A DNA stretch of 53,374 nt from Porticoccaceae bacterium (GCA_002689135.1 NZEU01000030.1:17677-71050), one strand, 5' to 3'; shown: positions 1-10,767, counted from the first letter of the stretch. The notes: generated from the letters alone by a model not told the origin. Translations and numbers: made by a program.

Positions 1-255
1 ATAATTTGTGCGTTCACTAACGATAATAGAATCGCTCGTCAATTAGTGTTAAATCGAAATGTACTGAGTTACTTGATAGAGTTTGACGAAAATCCTGAGA
101 CAACACTTGCTAAAGCCGCACAAATAATGCTCTTAAGCGGCATATTTTCTTCAAATCAAAGAATCGTTGTTATTTCTGATACATTAGCTGGCAAAGGCAT
201 TGATGCTGTACAAATCAGAGAAGTTGGTAACTTGGTAGGAATTGAGACTAATTGA
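1..255 (+). CDS. pyk: Pyruvate kinase, C-terminal alpha/beta domain (5'-truncated by window edge)
   Basis: Frame is open from base 1: IICAFTNDNRIARQLVLNRNV...RIVVISDTLAG..DAVQIREV. This resembles the PK C-domain pattern (I.A.T.....RQL.L.RGV; ..VVVS). Only a fragment is visible. Confidence 0.65.
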   Translation: MICAFTNDNRIARQLVLNRNVLSYLIEFDENPETTLAKAAQIMLLSGIFSSNQRIVVISDTLAGKGIDAVQIREVGNLVGIETN

Positions 256-272
256 AGAGTGCTAAAGTTTAG

Positions 273-1793
273 TCAGTCCAGATTACCTAAAAATAGCTTA
301 TAACAATTATTCTGTGTTTCAATAACATAACGGTATTTCAAACTATCGAGAAACACTATAATTTCGTCTCTTTGATTATCCAATGCCTGCAAAGCTACCA
401 AAACTCTGCCAAATGCAGCGCCATGATTCCTGTAATGAAACAATGAAATATTCCAACGATCTCCCAGTATTTTCAGGAAGTTAAGTAGTGCTCCGGGACG
501 TTCAGGAAAGTCAAATCGATACACTTGCTCTTCGGATACCTTTGGCGCTCTACCACCAACCATGTGTCTTATATGTAGTTTAGCCATCTCATTATCAGTC
601 ATATCTTCAACACAATACTTCTGTGATATTAAATCCTTTATAAGTTCAAGCCGGTCTGCGTCACCTGAGACTTGAACACCGACAAAAATTTGCGCTGCTT
701 CACTGCTACTATATCGATAATTAAACTCAGTAATATTGCGCAGTTTTAATGATTTACAGAAATTTTTGAAACTGCCAGGTTCCTCCCTAATGGTTACCGC
801 AAGAATGGCCTCCCTTTTCTCGCCTGTTTGGGTTCTTTCCGAAATATATCGAAGGCGGTCGAAATCAATATTCGCTCCACACTGCACAGCGAGCAAAGTT
901 TTATCCACAACACCTTTCTCTAAAATATATTTTTTTAGTCCTGCCAGGCCGATGGCTCCTGAGGGCTCGCAAATAGCACGAGTATCATTAAAAGTATCTT
1001 TTATTGCGGCGCAGATCTCATCAGTTGTCACAGTAATTGCCTCATGCACAAGGTCTTTGAGGATATTCCATGTGTAGCTACCAATTTCAGCTACGGCAGT
1101 ACCGTCAGCAAAAATGCCAACTTCTGGCAAGCGCACCGGCCGGCCAGCCTCAATAGCAGCAGCTAGACAGGCTGCATCATCAGACTCAACTGCAATGATT
1201 TTGGTTTCCGGTCTAACCGCAGAAAAATATGCCGCTATCCCCGAGCATAATCCGCCACCACCAACAGCGATAAAAATCGCATCTAGAGGTTGAGCTATCT
1301 GTCGATGTATCTCCATTCCAATGGTGCCTTGGCCCACAATAACATCGCGATCATCAAAAGGATGAACAAAAATAGATTTTTCTTTTTCTGCAATCTGATC
1401 CGCATGCGCTGCCGCAGAATTATAGTCATCTCCATAAAGAACAACGTCCGCTCCATAAGCTTGTACTGCATCTACCTTGATTCGAGGAGTAGTAACTGGC
1501 ATTACTATGGTGGCATGAATTTTCAATTTTTTAGCCGCAATAGCGACGCCTTGAGCATGATTCCCCGCAGATGCGGCAATTACGCCTCTCGACATTTGCT
1601 CTCGAGTGAGGTTCTTTAATTTATTATAGGCGCCTCTCACTTTGAAAGAAAAAACGGGTTGAAGGTCTTCACGCTTGAGTAAAATTTTATTACCCAAACG
1701 ATGCGATAAAATCTGTGCTGAAGACACAGGCGTCTCCAATGCCAGATCATATATCTCAGCATTATGTATAGCCCTCACATAATCAAACAACAT
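273..1793 (-). CDS. ilvA: Threonine dehydratase, biosynthetic
   Basis: KREDLQPVFSFKVRGA PLP-lysine motif, SAGNHAQG, VGGGGL, two C-terminal ACT-like domains (FPERPGAL); divergent from rpiA as usual. Confidence 0.98.
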   Translation of the reverse strand: MLFDYVRAIHNAEIYDLALETPVSSAQILSHRLGNKILLKREDLQPVFSFKVRGAYNKLKNLTREQMSRGVIAASAGNHAQGVAIAAKKLKIHATIVMPVTTPRIKVDAVQAYGADVVLYGDDYNSAAAHADQIAEKEKSIFVHPFDDRDVIVGQGTIGMEIHRQIAQPLDAIFIAVGGGGLCSGIAAYFSAVRPETKIIAVESDDAACLAAAIEAGRPVRLPEVGIFADGTAVAEIGSYTWNILKDLVHEAITVTTDEICAAIKDTFNDTRAICEPSGAIGLAGLKKYILEKGVVDKTLLAVQCGANIDFDRLRYISERTQTGEKREAILAVTIREEPGSFKNFCKSLKLRNITEFNYRYSSSEAAQIFVGVQVSGDADRLELIKDLISQKYCVEDMTDNEMAKLHIRHMVGGRAPKVSEEQVYRFDFPERPGALLNFLKILGDRWNISLFHYRNHGAAFGRVLVALQALDNQRDEIIVFLDSLKYRYVIETQNNCYKLFLGNLD

Positions 1794-1931
1794 GTTGTTA
1801 TAACCCTCAGAAATATAATCATGTTAAGTGTAACTCAATTATTACTCCATCCAGCCAAAATAATCGCTACTGTACCCCGTAGAAAGTCATGTAGTATTCT
1901 AGTATCAGTGGAATACGAGTAATATTTGCTC

Positions 1932-2636
1932 ATGAGTAGCCAAGATACACTAAAGAAAGCTGCGGCAAAGGCAGCGATAGAGTTAACTTTGAGTCGTGTT
2001 TGTAAATCGAGCATTATTGGAATCGGGACGGGTACCACAGCCAATTTTTTTATTGATTTACTCGCCGATTGTCATCACAACTTCCTTGGAACTGTGGCAA
2101 GCTCTAAAATATCTGAGGACCGGCTTCGAACTAACGGCATTAAAGTACTCGACCCCAACGATGTATCAGAATTAGGAGTCTATGTTGATGGTGCTGATGA
2201 AATTAATAGCGACCTAGAACTTATTAAGGGAGGCGGAGGAGCACTTACATGGGAAAAAATTATTTCTTCTATGGCTCGAGAATTCCTTTGTATCGCAGAC
2301 GACTCTAAACGGGTTAAGAGCCTTGGTAAATTCCCGCTTCCAATAGAGGTCATTCCAATTGCTAGAAATAAAGTCGCCCGGGAGTTAATTCGTTTAGGCG
2401 CTAATCCGAGGTGGCGTCGAGAGTTTGTAACAGACAACGGTAATCACATAATCGATGCTCATGGGTTATGGCCAATTGAAAGTCCAAGCGCTTTAGAAGC
2501 TGAAATTAATCAAATTTCAGGAGTTGTTACGAATGGTATTTTCGCTAATAATAGTCCGGACATAGTGTTAATTGCTTCGCCAAATCAAATCACTACTCAT
2601 ATTAAACGAGACAACACCTCAAAGTTGTTGTTGTAA
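1932..2636 (+). CDS. rpiA: Ribose-5-phosphate isomerase A
   Basis: GIGTGTT, DGADE, IKGGGGAL.EK, LGKFPLPIEV, TDNGN motifs; ATG at 1932 preferred. Confidence 0.97.
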   Translation: MSSQDTLKKAAAKAAIELTLSRVCKSSIIGIGTGTTANFFIDLLADCHHNFLGTVASSKISEDRLRTNGIKVLDPNDVSELGVYVDGADEINSDLELIKGGGGALTWEKIISSMAREFLCIADDSKRVKSLGKFPLPIEVIPIARNKVARELIRLGANPRWRREFVTDNGNHIIDAHGLWPIESPSALEAEINQISGVVTNGIFANNSPDIVLIASPNQITTHIKRDNTSKLLL

Positions 2637-2648
2637 TTCAGATTCTTG

Positions 2649-3665
2649 CTAACCCTGAGATAATAGTTCCCTCAGATCAATTAATGCTGCGTTAGCTCGA
2701 CTTATGTAAGAGGCCATTACCAAAGAGTGGTTCGCAAAAATTCCATAACCACTTCCATTCAGAATAATTGGGGCGTGGATGATTTGAAGGCTACTTTCTA
2801 ATTCATAAATAATCTGTTGCAAACTAGCTTTAGCCTGCTTTTTCTCTAAAATATCACCGAAGTCAATATTAATTGCTTTAAGGAAATGGACTAGTGCCCA
2901 GGCCGTCCCCCTCGCTTCATAAAAAACGTTATCGATCAATAACCAAGGAGTTCTCACATGGAGGCGCGCATTTTCTGAGGTTGTGTCTTTATCTGGTAAC
3001 CCCGCAATGCGGTGCTTTCCGACGCTCGACGATAATCTCTGTGATATGCTTCCAAGCCGAGTCTCTACCGTTAACAACCAGTAGCGAAGATTATCTGCTC
3101 GGGGAAAAAATTCCGCTGCAGGTGATCTCTTACCATTCAAGCGCTTCATAAAACTCATTAGAAACTCTTGTCCCTCAGCATATTCACTTTCAGGCCATGG
3201 TACTGCCCAGCTTAGATGGTCAACATTGAAACGTGGCTCCGCGAATGAAAGATCAGGATCCTCACTAGATTGAGACTGTGACCGACTGAAAGACTCACGC
3301 AAAGCCTTAGATAAATCTCTCACTTGAACCAATACACCAAATTCCCAACTAGGGATATTGTCAAGCCAAACGCCAGGAGGAAGAACATCATTGCTCAAAT
3401 AACCTCCGGGTTTTTTTAGTAATACATCCACCACTTCGGTAAGGGTAGCTAAAATCCTGTTGCCTCTTATACCCTCACTTTCGTCGTAACTCATTTCGAT
3501 TAAGTTAGGTTCACTACTCCATCGAAATGAGAAAAAAACCAGCATAAAAAACACTAAAACCCCTACAAATCCGGCAGGATTTATGAACGTTGGTATTTCA
3601 TCTGTGGCCCGTACGCGTTTCAACACACGATGACACCTCGTTAAGGTTTCTCGAAAAAAATTCAT
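2649..3665 (-). CDS. DUF2333 family protein (N-terminal membrane anchor)
   Basis: KPGGYLSND..PPGVWLDN.P.WEFGVLVQVRD, FSRSQSQS.ED.DL, IDNVFYEARG, ANHSLVMASYISRANAA recalled as DUF2333 signatures. Confidence 0.88.
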   Translation of the reverse strand: MNFFRETLTRCHRVLKRVRATDEIPTFINPAGFVGVLVFFMLVFFSFRWSSEPNLIEMSYDESEGIRGNRILATLTEVVDVLLKKPGGYLSNDVLPPGVWLDNIPSWEFGVLVQVRDLSKALRESFSRSQSQSSEDPDLSFAEPRFNVDHLSWAVPWPESEYAEGQEFLMSFMKRLNGKRSPAAEFFPRADNLRYWLLTVETRLGSISQRLSSSVGKHRIAGLPDKDTTSENARLHVRTPWLLIDNVFYEARGTAWALVHFLKAINIDFGDILEKKQAKASLQQIIYELESSLQIIHAPIILNGSGYGIFANHSLVMASYISRANAALIDLRELLSQG

Positions 3666-4020
3666 TTTCGTTCACCACAATTGAACTGTCGCAGCGAAAC
3701 AACATTTATCATGCCGTTCTCCTAAGTTATCAATATAAAATCGCACTTTATAATGCGAACACCGCTCTTATTTACCCCGAAAAAAATGAACCCGTCATTT
3801 AAAGGCAAGTACGTAACACTCTAAGCCCGAAACAAAAAATTGTCTTCGACCTGCAACATTTCTTCAGTCCATAAAAAAAGCTTGATTGTAAAAGTCTGCT
3901 ACCATTTTGAACCTCTTTTGAGACAACGGTCAAACTGCCCACTAACCATTCAAAGTACTTTGACCAAAACTTTGGCACTAGTAGCCCTTTACTTTAGTAA
4001 AGATATTGGTTTAAGAGCGG

Positions 4021-4059
4021 CGACAACAGTTAATATCTCAAAGATATTAACTGTTGTCG
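4021..4059. repeat. Perfect 18-bp inverted repeat with 3-nt loop
   Basis: cgacaacagttaatatct-caa-agatattaactgttgtcg. Confidence 0.95.
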
Positions 4060-4328
4060 TCATCGAATATAAAGAAAACGGTAATAAAAACATAATTAGG
4101 ATTCAAATAAGTATTGTTATTGACAAAGTACCGATACCACAAAGATATTATAAATTGGGTGTTCGTGTTTTAACTTCAGTTGACTACACAAAACAACCCA
4201 GCAATACTTTCGTCCCGTAACACAGTGTTATCGTATTCTGCCAATGAAGTGAATTATTCGGAGATCATAGATATCCAACAATAGACTTTTAAAAATCCGG
4301 ATCTTGGAAAATCATTAATTGGTTTACT

Positions 4329-6080
4329 GTGAGGAGACACGCCACTATCAATATTCTAGGGCTTTATAATTTATCTTTAAAATCAATCTTGCTAACTTTA
4401 AGTGTCCTGATCTTAGCGCCTGATCTCAGTTTGGCACAATTTGATGGGGGCAACCTAAACAAAGGAACTCGAAAGGGTTTAGAAAGTAAGTTTTTACCGG
4501 TGGAAAGAGCTTTCATTCTGTCCCATAGGATTGAGGAGAATAAAATTGTTTTCGATTGGTCAATAGCACCCGACTATTATCTTTATCAAAATGGTTTTAA
4601 GTTCAATAAAGCAGGTGACTTTGAAGAAGACATACAGTTTCCAATTGGAATAGTGAAATGGGATGACTACTTTGAAAAAGAACTTACAGTTTACTATAAC
4701 GAAGTATCAATAAGCGTGTCTTTATTAGAGGAAGTAAAAACCCAGGTCGTAGAAGTCCACTGGCAAGGGTGTGCTAATGCCGGACTGTGCTACCCCCCTA
4801 AAAGCGCACAATTTGAAGTAAATATCGAGACAGGAACTTCAACTCCACATGTCCCAAAGATTAATGAAGTTGCCACGTCGTCAGCATCAAATTCAGTAGT
4901 CTTCACCATACTCATCGCAGTTCTTGGAGGTATACTCCTGAACCTAATGCCATGTGTATTCCCCGTCCTTTCCATAAAAGCATTTGAGTTATTGAAAAAT
5001 CAAGATTCCTCTAGATTGAGCAAAGCACACGGTTTTGTTTACAGTTTCGGCGTTATCCTAAGTTTTGTTTTTATAGCCAGCATTATGCTCCTGCTTCGAG
5101 CTAGCGGGGAGGCCATTGGGTGGGGGTTTCAATTACAATCGCCCATTTTCGTAACTAGCTTAGTTTTTTTGTTTTTCATAATGGCCATTTCCTTTGCAGG
5201 CTTCATTGAGATAGGTTCTCGCCTTATGTTTTTAGGTCAAAGTAGCACAGAGGGCACAAGCTATCGATCCTCGTTCATGACCGGAGTTCTTGCAACTACT
5301 GTTGCTAGCCCCTGCACAGCGCCTTTTATGGGACCTGCTTTAGGTTTTGCGATTACACAACCAATATCAGTAGCTTTGCTCATTTTTGGATTTTTAGGTT
5401 TTGGAATGTCCTTGCCTCTTTTGGTTCTTTCTTGGGTTCCATCAGTTTATAAAATATTTCCCAAACCTGGGGCGTGGATGAACTTCATAAAGCAATTATT
5501 GGCAATACCGCTTATTTTAACTGCAATTTGGTTATTATGGATTGTTGGGCGCCAAACTAATATTGATGTAGTAGCCTCAATTCTCGTTGGTATTACATCG
5601 CTATCTGTTTGTGTCTGGTTGTTAAAAACAACTTCATACCAAGGTAGTTGGCGTAAACCAATCGCTTATTTTTGTCTAGTCCTAGCTGCTTTAATACCCT
5701 TTAATATTCTAACTCACCAGAAAACTGATCCTAAATGGGAAAAGTTCAGCGCCCTAAAGTTGCAAAGTCTGAACTCTGCCAAGAAGCCAGTTTTCATTAA
5801 TGTTAGCGCTGATTGGTGTATCACTTGCTTGCTAAACGAAAAGTTGGTGTTGAAATCAGAAAGTTTTTATTCAACTCTCAATGACAACAATATAACTTAC
5901 CTAAAGGCTGATTGGACAAACCAAGACACCGAAATAACAAATTTTCTAAATAGTTATCAACGTACGGGAGTTCCGCTTTATGTATATTTTCCCGGAAATG
6001 GTGAAAAAGAACAAATTTTAGATCAAATACTGTCGCCAACGGAAATTACAACAATCCTTACAAAAAGAACCGTTCTTTAG
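4329..6080 (+). CDS. dsbD: Thiol:disulfide interchange protein DsbD
   Basis: N-domain QGCANAGLCYPP, TM domain LNLMPCVFP and ASPCTAP, thioredoxin domain ADWCITC; upstream of aroQ-accBC. Start uncertain. Confidence 0.93.
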   Translation: MRRHATINILGLYNLSLKSILLTLSVLILAPDLSLAQFDGGNLNKGTRKGLESKFLPVERAFILSHRIEENKIVFDWSIAPDYYLYQNGFKFNKAGDFEEDIQFPIGIVKWDDYFEKELTVYYNEVSISVSLLEEVKTQVVEVHWQGCANAGLCYPPKSAQFEVNIETGTSTPHVPKINEVATSSASNSVVFTILIAVLGGILLNLMPCVFPVLSIKAFELLKNQDSSRLSKAHGFVYSFGVILSFVFIASIMLLLRASGEAIGWGFQLQSPIFVTSLVFLFFIMAISFAGFIEIGSRLMFLGQSSTEGTSYRSSFMTGVLATTVASPCTAPFMGPALGFAITQPISVALLIFGFLGFGMSLPLLVLSWVPSVYKIFPKPGAWMNFIKQLLAIPLILTAIWLLWIVGRQTNIDVVASILVGITSLSVCVWLLKTTSYQGSWRKPIAYFCLVLAALIPFNILTHQKTDPKWEKFSALKLQSLNSAKKPVFINVSADWCITCLLNEKLVLKSESFYSTLNDNNITYLKADWTNQDTEITNFLNSYQRTGVPLYVYFPGNGEKEQILDQILSPTEITTILTKRTVL

Positions 6081-6243
6081 AAAAGAAAAACTTTCAATTG
6101 AAATTGAACTAGAGGTCCGCAGTATGACAATCAAGATTTTCTAAAAGTAACGATATATTCCTAGAAAATCTACGATGAGATGCCTATAATTCGCTAAAAT
6201 GCTCATTACGGCAAAAAGCGTTGGTGCGGAAGGGAGTCTCGTT

Positions 6244-6693
6244 ATGGCTAAAATCTTGCTTTTAAATGGTCCAAACCTCAATCTTTTAGGAACGCGAGAG
6301 CCCAACCATTACGGGACTAATTCTCTCAATAATATTGCTAAAAGTCTTGCAACCAAAGCAATCAAGGCGGGTCATAATCTAACCCATTTACAAAGTAATG
6401 CTGAACATACATTATTAGATGAAATACAAGCTGCGCCGGGGAAAAAAGTGAGCTTGATCATCATAAATCCGGGCGCATTTACTCATACGAGTATAGCTCT
6501 TCGAGATGCAATAATTGCCGTTAACATTCCATTCATTGAGGTCCACTTATCAAATATTGCATCGCGTGAAGTATTTAGACAAAAATCTTACTTTTCTGAT
6601 ATCGCGATTGGCGTTGTAAGTGGGTTCGGCTCACTTAGCTATCATATGGCCATGTATGCGGCTCTTGAGGAATTACGTCGAACTGAAATCTGA
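6244..6693 (+). CDS. aroQ: Type II 3-dehydroquinate dehydratase
   Basis: [39 protein letters not shown]; GGGAG RBS before ATG 6244. Confidence 0.98.
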   Translation: MAKILLLNGPNLNLLGTREPNHYGTNSLNNIAKSLATKAIKAGHNLTHLQSNAEHTLLDEIQAAPGKKVSLIIINPGAFTHTSIALRDAIIAVNIPFIEVHLSNIASREVFRQKSYFSDIAIGVVSGFGSLSYHMAMYAALEELRRTEI

Positions 6694-6703
6694 GAGAAAT
6701 ATA

Positions 6704-7141
6704 ATGGACATCCGCAAGGTTAAAAAACTTATCGAATTACTTCAAGAATCAAATCTTAGTGAACTCGAGATTACAGAGGGTGAGGACTCTGTGCGCATTA
6801 GCCGAAATACCTCCGGAAATTCGCCAATAATCACTCAACAGACCTCGCCCGCGACACCCTCCCTCAATGCTCCCTCGCAGCAAGCGCCACAAATAATTGA
6901 AGAAGAAACTAACTACATTCGTTCACCTATGGTAGGAAGCTTTTATTCTGCGCCAGCTCCGGGAGCGCCTCCTTTTGTCTCAATTGGTAAAACTGTCACC
7001 AGGGGAAGTGTTGTCTGCATTGTAGAAGCCATGAAAATGATGAATCAGATCGAATGTGACACGGAAGGAACAGTACTTGACATTTTAGTGAAAGACGGTG
7101 ATCCAGTGGAGTTTGACCAGCCTCTTTTTACAATTGTCTAA
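6704..7141 (+). CDS. accB: Acetyl-CoA carboxylase biotin carboxyl carrier protein
   Basis: [12 protein letters not shown] start, SPMVG.FY, EAMKMMN biotinylation motif. Confidence 0.98.
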   Translation: MDIRKVKKLIELLQESNLSELEITEGEDSVRISRNTSGNSPIITQQTSPATPSLNAPSQQAPQIIEEETNYIRSPMVGSFYSAPAPGAPPFVSIGKTVTRGSVVCIVEAMKMMNQIECDTEGTVLDILVKDGDPVEFDQPLFTIV

Positions 7142-7160
7142 TTATACAGCTGGAGCACAA

Positions 7161-8504
7161 GTGTTAGAAAAAGTTTTAATCGCCAACCGTGGGGAAATTG
7201 CTCTAAGAGTTCTCCGCGCTTGTAAAGAGCTACGCATTAAAACCGTGGCCGTCCACTCCAAAGTAGATGCCGCGCTCAAGCATGTTAAACTTGCAGACGA
7301 GGCAATCTGCATTGGACCAAATCCTTCAGCTCAAAGCTATTTGAATATTCCAGCCATCATCAGCGCGATGGAAATCACCAACGCCAGCGCGGTTCATCCT
7401 GGCTATGGTTTCCTTGCGGAGAGTGCCGATTTTGCTGACAGAGTTGAAAACAGTGGCTTCGTTTTCATTGGTCCTCCGGCAAATGTAATCCGCATGATGG
7501 GAGACAAAGTGTCCGCCATTCGTGCAATGAAAAAAGCTGGAGTACCAACCGTTCCCGGCTCGGATGGCTCCATCGATCATGATTTTGGAAAAACTAGTGC
7601 CATTGCGGCAAAGATCGGCTTTCCGGTAATAATAAAGGCGGCAGCTGGGGGCGGTGGAAAAGGCATGAGAGTCGCACAGAGTGTTGCACAATTAAAAACT
7701 GCACTCTCACTGACCAGCAAAGAAGCCAAGCAGGCGTTCGGCAATGACACACTTTACATCGAGAAGTTTTTAACTAATCCGCGACATATTGAAGTTCAAA
7801 TCCTGTCCGATGGGCAAGGTGGGGTTGTTCATTTAGGCGATCGAGATTGTTCTTTACAACGAAGACATCAAAAAATACTCGAAGAGGCCCCGGCACCCGG
7901 AATACCTGAGGAGTTACGTAAACAGCTGCACCAGAACTGCGTGAACGCATGTGTCCAAATTGGTTATCGAGGCGCAGGAACTTTTGAGTTTTTATATCAG
8001 GACAATGAGTTCTTTTTTATTGAAATGAACACTCGAATTCAAGTTGAGCATCCCGTTTCAGAAATGATAACGGGCATCGACTTAGTGAAACAGCAACTTC
8101 TCATTGCTAGTGGTCATGCCCTCAAGTTGCAACAGAAGGATATAGTATTCCGAGGGCACGCATTTGAATGTCGAATTAATGCAGAGCACCCTAAGACATT
8201 TGCTCCGCAACCTGGAGTTATTCGGGCTTACCATGCACCGGGAGGCAATGGAGTCCGAGTTGATTCGCATGTGTATAATGGATATAGCGTGCCGCCATAC
8301 TACGATTCTTTGATCGGAAAAGTCATTACCTACGGTAGTGATCGACCGTCAGCTCTTGCGAGGATGACAACTGCGTTAGACGAGATGCTCATTGACGGCA
8401 TAGAAACCAACATACCACTCCATGCTGACTTAGTTCGTGATTTAAATTTCGCATCAGGAGGAGTGAGTATTCACTATTTAGAAAAAAAATTACTGGAAAA
8501 ATAG
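7161..8504 (+). CDS. accC: Acetyl-CoA carboxylase biotin carboxylase subunit
   Basis: [49 protein letters not shown]; GTG start with GGAG RBS. Confidence 0.98.
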   Translation: MLEKVLIANRGEIALRVLRACKELRIKTVAVHSKVDAALKHVKLADEAICIGPNPSAQSYLNIPAIISAMEITNASAVHPGYGFLAESADFADRVENSGFVFIGPPANVIRMMGDKVSAIRAMKKAGVPTVPGSDGSIDHDFGKTSAIAAKIGFPVIIKAAAGGGGKGMRVAQSVAQLKTALSLTSKEAKQAFGNDTLYIEKFLTNPRHIEVQILSDGQGGVVHLGDRDCSLQRRHQKILEEAPAPGIPEELRKQLHQNCVNACVQIGYRGAGTFEFLYQDNEFFFIEMNTRIQVEHPVSEMITGIDLVKQQLLIASGHALKLQQKDIVFRGHAFECRINAEHPKTFAPQPGVIRAYHAPGGNGVRVDSHVYNGYSVPPYYDSLIGKVITYGSDRPSALARMTTALDEMLIDGIETNIPLHADLVRDLNFASGGVSIHYLEKKLLEK

Positions 8505-8514
8505 ATCTCGAAAA

Positions 8515-9408
8515 ATGGCATGGATTCAGGCGAAATTCACTTGTGAAGAAAAAGACGTGGTACTAGTAGAGGACACTCTCAATGCTTTTGAAGTTTTGTC
8601 GATATGCATAAGAGATGCGGGTAACCAGCTAATTCTCGATCAGGTTTCGGGGGAGAGGCACCTTTGGAATACCTGCAGTATCGAGGTTTTATTTAACAAC
8701 AAAGTAAATCAAGCGTTGGTCGCCAGACATCTGATGTCTAAGGTTTCAAAGTTGAATATTTTATGGGAACCTCTTTGGGAAGAAGACTGGAGTAATAGTT
8801 GGAAACAGGAAGCGCAGCCATTTTGTTGTGGTGATTCCCTGTGGATTTACCCCAGCTGGTCAAGTAAAAGAGATGTATCACATCCCCATATCACCATTGA
8901 TCCTGGGTTAGCTTTTGGAACAGGCAGTCACCCAACAACATTAATGTGCCTACAATGGCTGGAAAAGCAGAATTTACGTGGTAAGACAATTATAGATTAT
9001 GGCTGTGGTTCCGGTATTCTCGGCCTGTCAGCGATTGCATTAGGTGCAACTAAAGTCATAGCGATAGACAATGATCCTTTGGCTATTATAACAACACAAC
9101 AAAATGCCGCAAAAAACGGAATCAAACAAAAACAACTTATCTGCTACCCGCCAGAAATGCTACCCAAAGATATTGAGGGCGATATTTTAATTGCAAATAT
9201 ATTAGCAAAACCTTTAATCAAGCTGGCTTCTCGTTTTACAAAATTAACAAAGTCTCCCGGTATAATATGTCTTTCCGGCGTGCTAAAACCTCAAATATCT
9301 TATGTCCAAAAAGGTTATGAGAGTGAGTTCCAATTTAAAAAACCAACTGTCGCAGAAGACTGGGTCCTACTAGAGGGTAAAAAGAATTATAGTAAATACA
9401 CTGTATGA
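8515..9408 (+). CDS. prmA: Ribosomal protein L11 methyltransferase
   Basis: DPGLAFGTGSHPTT, DYGCGSGIL, ANILA; accC-prmA-dusB synteny. Confidence 0.97.
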   Translation: MAWIQAKFTCEEKDVVLVEDTLNAFEVLSICIRDAGNQLILDQVSGERHLWNTCSIEVLFNNKVNQALVARHLMSKVSKLNILWEPLWEEDWSNSWKQEAQPFCCGDSLWIYPSWSSKRDVSHPHITIDPGLAFGTGSHPTTLMCLQWLEKQNLRGKTIIDYGCGSGILGLSAIALGATKVIAIDNDPLAIITTQQNAAKNGIKQKQLICYPPEMLPKDIEGDILIANILAKPLIKLASRFTKLTKSPGIICLSGVLKPQISYVQKGYESEFQFKKPTVAEDWVLLEGKKNYSKYTV

Positions 9409-9508
9409 ACATCCGCAACACAAAACTTGTTTTCAATTAGTGACTGTTTTCAACACTACGATCAGGTTATGATTGAATTCGGAAAGTCATTGATTGCGGT
9501 GAAATGAT

Positions 9509-10498
9509 TTGTACCATATCGGGCCATATAAAATAGATAGTCGGACAATACTTGCCCCGATGGCAGGTATTACGGATATGCCGTTTAGGCGGCTATGTCA
9601 TGAGCTTGGAGCAGGTTTAACTGTATCTGAAATGGTTGCCTCAGATCCGAGCACTTGGAGCACTATCAAATCTATAAATCGCACAAAATTCGATCAGAAC
9701 CCCAGCAGAAACGCACTAAACATAGTACAAATAGCAGGTGCTGATCCAAAGTTCATGGCAGCCGCAGCTCAGTATAACGTGCACCTCGGAGCTCATATTA
9801 TAGACATCAATATGGGATGCCCCGCTAAAAAAGTCTGTCGTCGAGCGGCTGGGTCTTCGCTACTCAGGGACATACCTTTGATCAAAAGCATACTCACAGC
9901 CGTTAAACAGTCGGTTAGCGTGCCTGTAATGTTAAAAATTCGAACCGGTTGGGATCCTACCTCTCGAAACGCGATACAAGTTGCAAAAATCGCGGAAGAT
10001 ATTGGAATATCTGGGATCGCAATACACGGTCGTACTAGGGCATGTCGCTTTGTTGGAGAAGTTGAATATCTATCAATTGCTGAGGTGGCATCCTCAGTTG
10101 ATATCCCAGTATTCGCAAATGGAGACATTACAACACCCCACAAGGCTGAAGAAGTTATCCGTTCTACAGGCGCTGCCGCTGTTATGATTGGTAGGGCTGC
10201 TCGAGGTAATCCGTGGATATTTAATCAAATCGAGTATTTTTTTAAGTATAAAAAACTGGTGGGACCCCCATCGAGTGCCGAGTTTAGGAGGGTTCTATTG
10301 AAACATATGCATTGGGTTCACGAATTCTATGGAGAACTAATTGGGGTCAAAATCTTTCGAAAGCATCTCAATTGTTATCTCCCAAAATCTCGTGATTTCA
10401 CTCGTTTCTTCAATACTCTGCCTACCATCAAAGAACAGAAACAGGCTCTGGTTAGTCATCTAGATCACAATAATAAAATGGGAGAGAAAGCAGCCTAA
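9509..10498 (+). CDS. dusB: tRNA-dihydrouridine synthase B
   Basis: LAPMAGITD, DINMGCPAKKV, HGRTR, MIGRAA.GNPW; directly upstream of fis. Confidence 0.96.
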   Translation: MYHIGPYKIDSRTILAPMAGITDMPFRRLCHELGAGLTVSEMVASDPSTWSTIKSINRTKFDQNPSRNALNIVQIAGADPKFMAAAAQYNVHLGAHIIDINMGCPAKKVCRRAAGSSLLRDIPLIKSILTAVKQSVSVPVMLKIRTGWDPTSRNAIQVAKIAEDIGISGIAIHGRTRACRFVGEVEYLSIAEVASSVDIPVFANGDITTPHKAEEVIRSTGAAAVMIGRAARGNPWIFNQIEYFFKYKKLVGPPSSAEFRRVLLKHMHWVHEFYGELIGVKIFRKHLNCYLPKSRDFTRFFNTLPTIKEQKQALVSHLDHNNKMGEKAA

Positions 10499-10755
10499 TG
10501 CCTGACTTAGATCAAGAAAAAAAGCATTATTCTCTATTGAGAGAGAGTGCATCTAAATCGATAGAGCGCTATTTTGAGGATTTGGACGGGCAAGGTGCTG
10601 TAGACTTGTATGCACTGGTAATGGCGGAAGTGGAGCCACCAATGTTACTCGCTGTGATGAAATATAATCGACAAAATCAAAGTAAATCGGCAAAAATGCT
10701 CGGTATAAACCGAGCAACTCTGCGTAAAAAGCTAAAACACTATAACCTGATTTGA
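10498..10755 (+). CDS. fis: DNA-binding protein Fis
   Basis: LY.LV..EVE.P, NQSK.A.MLGINR.TLRKKLK HTH; TAATG overlap with dusB. Confidence 0.96.
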   Translation: MPDLDQEKKHYSLLRESASKSIERYFEDLDGQGAVDLYALVMAEVEPPMLLAVMKYNRQNQSKSAKMLGINRATLRKKLKHYNLI

Positions 10756-10767
10756 GGAAAATAAGGC

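Noticed and set aside
3840-4220. 126-aa plus-strand ORF in the DUF2333-dsbD spacer
   Set aside because: TTG start without RBS, no recognisable motif, and it runs through the palindromes; probably a chance ORF, though not excluded
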